Source: an uncultured bacterium
Lineage (GTDB): Bacteria; Auribacterota; JACPWU01
Reading direction: 5' to 3'
DNA: 32,000 bases
Assembly: GCA_964640155.1 (NCBI GenBank)
Contig: CAZXEQ010000010.1
Span: 1-32,000, forward strand
Part shown: positions 26,253 to 32,000 of the stretch, piece by piece
Layout: each line of letters begins with the position of its first letter
Position numbering within the stretch: position 1 is the first letter of the stretch
Notes under the pieces: generated by a model
Database searches by the model: none
Told to the model about the DNA's origin: nothing
Seen by the model: only the letters and a program-made list of their open reading frames with translations
Translations under genes and position numbers: made by a program

Positions 26253-26370
26253 TTCTTTATAAATGCGGGTGGCACTTGGCGGGGAGCCCTACCGCGCGCA
26301 ACTAGTACTCGAACACGGTGGGGGGCCCTGACAAGTGATAGGACCTGCGACCCTTAAAAAGGGCACACGG
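26253..26370 (-). repeat. GC-rich rod-hairpin repeat, copy B3 (inverted relative to B1/B2)
   Basis: Stems: 26265-26270/26343-26348, 26273-26278/26332-26337, 26287-26294/26316-26323. Its reverse complement aligns to B1/B2 through the flank motif catttataaag. Starts 15 nt after the CLC stop. Confidence 0.7.
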
Positions 26371-26463
26371 CTATAGAAATATTTTATGAGGGACTATTGT
26401 TTCCAATTCATCTTTCTCTCTCTCTATCTTTTTGATATCCTTTCTTTACTCTTTTTATGAAGA

Positions 26464-27069
26464 ATGGGGCTAATCGTTATGAAATTTAATTGGATGGACA
26501 TTGTCTTTATGGCCTTGGCGCTTCGAGGCATTTGGGTTGGAACCAAAAGAGGTATTTTGGGAGAGCTCATCTTAACTGCGGGACTTCTTGCTTCTATTGC
26601 TATGGCTCTGTTTATTTCTTCTCCAACAGGTTCTGTTTTGGCTAATCAGTTGTCTTTTGGTATTCAATTTACAACACAATTTTTGTCGTGGTTAGTTTTA
26701 GGAGCAGGCTTTATTGTCTCATTGATTATAGCTAAGGTTGTTCAAAAGCTTTCTCATCTCATTATTCAGTCTCCGATTGATAAAGGAGCCGGAGGTGTTT
26801 TGGGAGGGGCTCGAGCCATTCTCTTAAGCGGGATTTTACTTTCATTTGTTCTTCATTCAGGGCAGTTATTTTTTCAAGAACATGCAAAAGAGTCGATTAT
26901 TGGTTCTTTCGTTATTCCCAAAGTAGATGTCTTGTACGAAATCGTTAAACAAAAAATAACTCCAACAGAGCTTGTAAAACTTCAAGATGAATTAACGGTT
27001 GAGAGTGATCAGGAAGCCGTTCAAGAACCTTCTCAAGATATATCCGAACCCTCAGAAGAAACGCAGTAA
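26464..27069 (+). CDS. cvpA: CvpA-family membrane protein
   Basis: The N-terminus NWMDIVFMALALRGIWVGTKRG is typical of CvpA. Four TM segments and an acidic tail. The start may be ATG 26479. Confidence 0.7.
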   Translation: MGLIVMKFNWMDIVFMALALRGIWVGTKRGILGELILTAGLLASIAMALFISSPTGSVLANQLSFGIQFTTQFLSWLVLGAGFIVSLIIAKVVQKLSHLIIQSPIDKGAGGVLGGARAILLSGILLSFVLHSGQLFFQEHAKESIIGSFVIPKVDVLYEIVKQKITPTELVKLQDELTVESDQEAVQEPSQDISEPSEETQ

Positions 27070-27137
27070 CAAGTTCGTTTCGATCAAATTCCCGGAAGAC
27101 AGGAGTGAACGAATTGGTTTAGTTTCTTAAAAAATGA

Positions 27138-28907
27138 ATGAGCTCGCTTATAGGTACTATGCAAGGTATTATTCCAGAAAATATATTAGACGAGATACGT
27201 TTGAAGGTCGATATTATCGAACTGATTGGTAGTCTTGTTCCTTTAAAAGGTGCAGGTCGAAATTATAAAGCTTTATGCCCGTTTCATCCTGAAAAAAGTC
27301 CTTCTTTCATGGTTAATCCTGAGAAACAAATTTTTCATTGTTTTGGATGTGGAGCAGGGGGAAATATTTTTACTTTTTTGATGAAGTTTGAAAATATTTC
27401 TTTTCCCGAAGCAGTTGAAACATTGGCAGAAAAAGCAGGTGTAACTCTCCCAAAACAAGGGCTTCCCACGGCGGGAGTTGAATATCAAAAAAAATCTCTT
27501 TTTGAAGTTACTGAGAAAGTCTGTCAATTTTTTGAAAAAACCCTTTTAACTTCTCCAGTAGGGCAAGAAGGAAGAAATTATTTAAAATCAAGAGGCCTGG
27601 ACAGAAAAATAGCTGAAACGTTTCGGTTGGGGTTTTGTCCTATTGATGAAGCAAGCATTTTAAAAGAATTGAAAACATTAGGGATACAAGAAAATCTATT
27701 GGAAAAAGTAGGGTTGATTACGGAGCATGAGCAAGGCAAACATTTTCGATTTAGAGGAAGAGTCATTTTCCCTATTTTTGATGTTCAAGGGCGCATCGTT
27801 GGTTTTGGAGGACGGGCTTTAGGGGAGCGAATGCCCAAATATCTTAACTCTCCTGATACGATTCTTTTTAATAAAAGTAATTTGCTTTACGGTTTACATT
27901 TGGCGAAGCGATCTATTTTAGAAAAATCACAAGCGATTTTAGTGGAAGGATACATTGATGTGATCAGTGTTTTTCGTTCAGGGGTAGAGAATGTTGTCGC
28001 ATCTTTGGGCACTGCTTTTAATGAAAATCATGTCCGACTCATTCGTCGTTTTGCTCAAGAAATAGTGGTTGCCTATGATGGGGATGATGCAGGATTGGAT
28101 GCTTCTTTGCGGGCTTTGGAAGTTTTTTTAGATCAAGACATGATTGTAAAAATTGTAAAAATTCCAGATGGACATGATCCAGATAGTTTCATTCGAGCAA
28201 AAGGGAAAGAAGCTTTTGAAAAATTAATTTCTCAAGCAGGTTCAATGATGGATTTTAAAATAGAACTTCTTTCTAAAAAATTTAATCCTCAAACAGAATC
28301 TGGAAAATTGACCATTGCCCGTGAGGTTTTGAAAACCATTGGTAGACTTAAAAGTTCTATTCTTCAAGATCATTATTTTAAAGAATTAAGTGAAAAATTA
28401 AAAATAAATGAACAGGCTTTGCGTCAGGAGTTGAAAAGAATAGGACTACAGAAAAGCGGAGTAGCTCAAAAAATTGTTTCTACTCCTGAAAAAACGTCAG
28501 GACATGAGTTGGAGGAAGATTTGTTGTGTATCTTATTGCATCACAATGAATTAATGACGGAAATAAAAAATAAATTAGGACCTGAAGATTTTGAGGTTCA
28601 TGAGTATAAGTTATTGTTTGAGAATAGGTTAGGATTAAAAAAAGTCTTAAAACCGGAAGAAAAAATTATTTTAGAATCTTTAGAAGCCAAATTATTAATT
28701 GAAAAACCTACTGTAAAGGACATTGAAAGCGCACTTAATAAATATATAATAGCTTTAAAAGAAAGAAGTTATAGAAAGGAATATCAATCTTTAAACCTGA
28801 GATTAAAAGAAATTGAAAAATCTGGGAAAAATCAGGATCAAATGGACGCTCTTGTTAGCGAGCTTCAGAAAATTCATAAAGCAATTGCTTTATTAAAAAA
28901 GGTGTGA
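27138..28907 (+). CDS. dnaG: DNA primase
   Basis: Zinc finger CPFHPEKSPSFMVNPEKQIFHCFGCGAGG. TOPRIM EGYIDV...YDGDDAG. The true start may be ATG 27159 (MQGIIPE). Confidence 0.95.
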   Translation: MSSLIGTMQGIIPENILDEIRLKVDIIELIGSLVPLKGAGRNYKALCPFHPEKSPSFMVNPEKQIFHCFGCGAGGNIFTFLMKFENISFPEAVETLAEKAGVTLPKQGLPTAGVEYQKKSLFEVTEKVCQFFEKTLLTSPVGQEGRNYLKSRGLDRKIAETFRLGFCPIDEASILKELKTLGIQENLLEKVGLITEHEQGKHFRFRGRVIFPIFDVQGRIVGFGGRALGERMPKYLNSPDTILFNKSNLLYGLHLAKRSILEKSQAILVEGYIDVISVFRSGVENVVASLGTAFNENHVRLIRRFAQEIVVAYDGDDAGLDASLRALEVFLDQDMIVKIVKIPDGHDPDSFIRAKGKEAFEKLISQAGSMMDFKIELLSKKFNPQTESGKLTIAREVLKTIGRLKSSILQDHYFKELSEKLKINEQALRQELKRIGLQKSGVAQKIVSTPEKTSGHELEEDLLCILLHHNELMTEIKNKLGPEDFEVHEYKLLFENRLGLKKVLKPEEKIILESLEAKLLIEKPTVKDIESALNKYIIALKERSYRKEYQSLNLRLKEIEKSGKNQDQMDALVSELQKIHKAIALLKKV

Positions 28908-28985
28908 TATATTTAACAGCTTATTTTTGTATTTTTTAGAAGGGATCGGGGGAAAAATTTCAAGATTAACCAAGGTGATGCTTAT

Positions 28986-30626
28986 ATGCAAAAAGAAGTG
29001 AGAAATCAGAAAATTAAACAGCTAGTCAAGATTGCAGGTGATAAAGGCTTTTTGACCTACGACGATATTAATGAGGTTTTACCTGAAGATGTTGTTTCTT
29101 CAGATGATATTGAAGCCTTGCTGATTTTGCTTCGAAGTATGGACGTTGAAGTTGTTGATGATGAAAAAGACGTCAAACCTCCTGTGGATGAGGCTGCAAA
29201 GGCAAAGGAAGAAGAAGAGGCTGAAGATGAAGTCTCAAAATTAGAAATTTTGGATGATCCTGTCCGCATGTATCTCAAGCAGATGGGTAAAGTTCCTTTG
29301 TTGACCCGTGAACAAGAAGTCGATTTGGCCAAGCGTATTGAAGAGGCTGATGAAAAAATTCGAAGTATTCTTTTTACCTTTGGAAATGTTCCTCGAGAAA
29401 GCGTGTTGATTGCCAGAAGACTTCTGGCTGGTAAAGAAAGATTTGATCGCGTTATTTTAGATAAAAATGTTTCAAATAAAGATAAATATTTATCAAATCT
29501 TGAAAAGTTTTGTAATCGTTTAGAGTCGATAGAAGCCGATATTACAACAATCAATAAAGACTTAATGAAGCGTTTGGCGAAGGCCGTTAGAAGCCGACGT
29601 CTCAAAAAGCGAGAAGCTTTGCGCAAAGAGTTGAATCACATTCTGCAAAAATTTTATTTTCGTCAAGAAGTAGTCGATGAGTTGGTTGATAAAGTTTTGA
29701 GTTTGCATGACAAAGTTATTGTAACAGAAAGAGAAATTGAAGATCCTCGCCCTGGGGAATCCTCTAAAAATCGCAAAAATCGTGTTAAGAATGATCGTCG
29801 TAAACTCAAACGAATTGCAGAAACATTGGGTGTGAGTGTAGACGATTTTAAACGCGAAGCAGGCATTTTGGATGATTGGACTCAGAAGATGAGATCGGCC
29901 AAAGATGATATGGTCGAGGCCAATTTGCGATTGGTGATTAGTATTGCTAAAAAATATACCAATCGTGGATTATCTTTCTTGGATCTTATTCAAGAGGGTA
30001 ATTTAGGCTTGATGAAAGCCGTCGATAAATTTGAATATCGACGAGGATATAAATTTAGTACTTATGCGACCTGGTGGATTCGTCAAGCAATTACGCGTTC
30101 TATTGCAGATCAAGCAAGAACAATCCGTATTCCTGTGCATATGATTGAGACCATTAATAAATTGGTGCGTGTTTCTAAAAAACTGGTTCAAGAATATGGA
30201 AAGGAACCTACGCCTGAAGAAATTGCTGAAGAGATGGATCTTTCTGTTGAGAAAGTCCGTGGAATTTTGAAAATTTCTCAGCATCCCATTTCTTTGCAAA
30301 CTCCTATTGGAGATGGTGAAGATAGTCAGTTCGGAGATTTTATTGAAGATAAAAGCATTCGTAATCCGGCAGAGGCGACAGGTTATAGCTTGCTTCGCGA
30401 ACAGATTGATGGTGTTTTAGAGACATTGACAGCACGTGAAAAAAGGGTGCTTCGGTTAAGATTTGGAATTGGAGATGGTTCTCCTCGAACCCTTGAAGAA
30501 GTTGGAAAAGTTTTTAATGTAACACGTGAACGTGTCAGACAGATTGAAGCGAAGGCTTTGAAAAAAATGCGTCATCCAATCCGTTCTAAAAAACTCAAAG
30601 GATTTTTGGATTACGTTTCAGCCTAA
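28986..30626 (+). CDS. rpoD: RNA polymerase primary sigma factor (sigma-70)
   Basis: 546 aa. Region 2 [39 protein letters not shown]. Region 4.2 [24 protein letters not shown]. dnaG-rpoD synteny. Confidence 0.95.
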   Translation: MQKEVRNQKIKQLVKIAGDKGFLTYDDINEVLPEDVVSSDDIEALLILLRSMDVEVVDDEKDVKPPVDEAAKAKEEEEAEDEVSKLEILDDPVRMYLKQMGKVPLLTREQEVDLAKRIEEADEKIRSILFTFGNVPRESVLIARRLLAGKERFDRVILDKNVSNKDKYLSNLEKFCNRLESIEADITTINKDLMKRLAKAVRSRRLKKREALRKELNHILQKFYFRQEVVDELVDKVLSLHDKVIVTEREIEDPRPGESSKNRKNRVKNDRRKLKRIAETLGVSVDDFKREAGILDDWTQKMRSAKDDMVEANLRLVISIAKKYTNRGLSFLDLIQEGNLGLMKAVDKFEYRRGYKFSTYATWWIRQAITRSIADQARTIRIPVHMIETINKLVRVSKKLVQEYGKEPTPEEIAEEMDLSVEKVRGILKISQHPISLQTPIGDGEDSQFGDFIEDKSIRNPAEATGYSLLREQIDGVLETLTAREKRVLRLRFGIGDGSPRTLEEVGKVFNVTRERVRQIEAKALKKMRHPIRSKKLKGFLDYVSA

Positions 30627-30632
30627 AATAGT

Positions 30633-30728
30633 GGTAAGTGATAAGTCATAAGTGGTAAGTTCTTAGGAGTGTTTTAGATCTTGTATCTTCTAAACTTATA
30701 ACTGACAACTTATAACTTATCACTTTTT
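30633..30728. repeat. Heptad-periodic imperfect palindrome H4 (AAGT / ACTT cores), same family as H1
   Basis: Left arm ggtaagt|gataagt|cataagt|ggtaagt (30633-30660). Right arm acttata|actgaca|acttata|acttatc|acttttt (30694-30728). gtgataagt (30638-30646) pairs perfectly with acttatcac (30715-30723). Confidence 0.6.
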
Positions 30729-30745
30729 TATTTTTGATATTATTC

Positions 30746-30821
<76 letters not shown>

Positions 30822-30978
30822 AGTAATTAAATGAATTGTTAAGATATATTTTGTTGCAGGAGAGCTTTGAAGTAGTCTGGGTCTAGGATTTTCCGCCAGA
30901 GGCTGATGAGCCTTTGGCTCAAGCCTTACGATGAATAAAACATATTTGGCTGAGAAGGTTCCATGACCTTTATTTCTT

Positions 30979-31052
30979 GGGCAACTAGCTCAGTTGGTTA
31001 GAGCGCTACCCTCACACGGTAGAGGTCACTGGTTCGAGCCCAGTGTTGCCCA
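30979..31052 (+). tRNA. tRNA-Val (anticodon CAC)
   Basis: Acceptor GGGCAAC/GTTGCCC. Anticodon arm CTACC-CTCACAC-GGTAG. T-arm CACTGGTTCGAGCCCAGTG. CCA is not encoded. Confidence 0.9.
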
Positions 31053-31177
31053 TTTCTTCTCTTTTCTTCCATAGTTATCTGTGATTTACAGTCTTTTTCA
31101 TTTGGCTTTAACCCTCTTTTAGGCTATTCTCTATCAACCATTTTTGTTTTACACCTGAAGGGAAAAAGAGGAGTTTT

Positions 31178-31939
31178 ATGATTGAAGATTTGAAGAAACT
31201 TTTGGTCGTTCAAGATAAAGATGTAGAGCTTTTAAAGCTTTCGGAAAAAAAGAACGAACTACCAAAACTCTTGCAAGAGTTAAAAGATGCCGTCGATGAA
31301 AAAACTAAAGAGCTAGAGGCTCAAAAAAATGTTTTGAAAGAAATTCAAGTGGCACATAAAAGCTTAGAGATTGATGCAGAGAGCAAACTAACCGCAAGGC
31401 GTAAATATGAAACACAGCTGATGACGGTTAAAACAAATCAAGAGTATAAAGCATTAGAAAAGGAAATTTTTACACTTAAGACTGAAATATCGAGAGTCGA
31501 AGATAATATTCTTGAAAAAATGGGGAAGATAGAAGATCAGAATCTTCTTTTAAAAAAGATAGATTTTGAGTTGCAAGAAAGAAAGAAAAAGCTGACTGAA
31601 AGAGAATCTGAAATTCAAAAAGCCATTCAAGATTTGGAACAAGAGCTTCAGAAAATTCTAGGAGAAAAAGAAATATTGATTAAAGATGTTAAGCCAGATG
31701 TCTTACGTCGTTACAATCGTATTTTGGAACGTGTTCGCGGTAAAGCCATTGTTCCTATTGTAGATAGAAGTTGTCAGGGATGTCATACCCTTCTTCCTCC
31801 TCAGATTACGGTGAATGCACGTAAATCATCAGACCCTGTTGCTTGTGATAATTGTTCTCGACTACTTTATATCCCAGAAGACTTGAAACCTTCTCAAGAT
31901 TCAGATGCTTCCATCGGAAAGAATGCGGAGTCTGTTTAA
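31178..31939 (+). CDS. Coiled-coil C4 zinc-ribbon protein (COG1579/DUF164-like)
   Basis: 253 aa. Long heptad coiled coil followed by CQGCH...CDNCSRLLY. Confidence 0.7.
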   Translation: MIEDLKKLLVVQDKDVELLKLSEKKNELPKLLQELKDAVDEKTKELEAQKNVLKEIQVAHKSLEIDAESKLTARRKYETQLMTVKTNQEYKALEKEIFTLKTEISRVEDNILEKMGKIEDQNLLLKKIDFELQERKKKLTERESEIQKAIQDLEQELQKILGEKEILIKDVKPDVLRRYNRILERVRGKAIVPIVDRSCQGCHTLLPPQITVNARKSSDPVACDNCSRLLYIPEDLKPSQDSDASIGKNAESV

Positions 31940-32000
31940 TGTCTGAGTTAAAGAAAACGCCTCTTTATGATGTTCATGTTGCCATGAAAGCTCGCATGAG
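31939..32000 (+). CDS. gcvT: Glycine cleavage system aminomethyltransferase T, 5' fragment
   Basis: MSELKKTPLYDVHVAMKARM matches the usual GcvT N-terminus (TPLYD.H...GA.M). The ATG overlaps the upstream stop (TAATG). Truncated by the window edge. Confidence 0.6.
   Translation, partial: MSELKKTPLYDVHVAMKARM

Noticed and set aside
19427-26370. The GC-rich palindromes as integron attC sites or a CRISPR array.
   Set aside because: There are no RYYYAAC/GTTRRRY boundaries and no intI. The copies are about 1.7-5 kb apart, separated by ordinary genes, and one is inverted. There are no regularly spaced direct repeats or cas genes.
29057-29626. Long antisense ORFs nested in rpoD (29057..29626, 29663..29866, 30003..30299), and similar ones in pilD, waaA, gdh, prpD, dnaG and the HExxH gene.
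   Set aside because: They are low-complexity, Ser/Arg/Lys-rich translations opposite strongly supported genes with clear family motifs. They have no RBS or independent signal.
24-30728. The H1 and H4 elements are related in inverse orientation about 30.6 kb apart, so they might be terminal inverted repeats of a large mobile element.
   Set aside because: Each element is itself palindromic, so orientation carries little meaning. The intervening genes are core housekeeping (topA, rpoD, dnaG, aro genes), with no transposase or integrase other than a Xer-type recombinase. Similar elements with other cores lie inside the interval.
30903-30910. CTGATGAG in the tRNA-tRNA spacer, reminiscent of the hammerhead ribozyme core, within the hairpin 30895-30918.
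   Set aside because: The stem II, GAAA and stem III/cleavage-site elements are absent downstream. The motif is simply the loop of a 9-bp spacer hairpin (gccagaggc/gcctttggc).

Overview
AT-rich bacterial chromosome segment, almost entirely + strand and housekeeping. The Kdo transferase and TolC-like gene imply a diderm; I cannot assign a lineage. Gene order: aroE, prepilin peptidase, aroK, aroB, hypothetical, dprA, topA, xerC-like, waaA, a TolC/HlyD/ABC/FtsX efflux operon, one minus-strand HExxH protein, gdh, a cNMP-binding protein with a plant-type FNR, a membrane protein, a TolB-like propeller, a YdjM-like hydrolase, prpD-prpB-prpC, a CLC channel (probably fluoride type), cvpA, dnaG, rpoD, tRNA(CAT), tRNA-Val(CAC), a COG1579 zinc-ribbon protein and the gcvT start. 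I see no transposase, phage gene, CRISPR array or recognisable defence system. The unusual content is non-coding. (1) A very GC-rich rod-hairpin repeat occurs three times (about 19.4, 21.2 and 26.3 kb, the last inverted). Copies differ by compensated stem substitutions, and their non-Watson-Crick pairs favour one strand. (2) Two larger GC-rich structured elements (3.6 and 22.7 kb) share ordered motifs. (3) At least five intergenic imperfect palindromes have arms built from degenerate 7-nt units with a fixed 2-4 nt core. All structural claims come from hand folding and hand alignment. Copy number, Rfam status and expression need computation or experiment.
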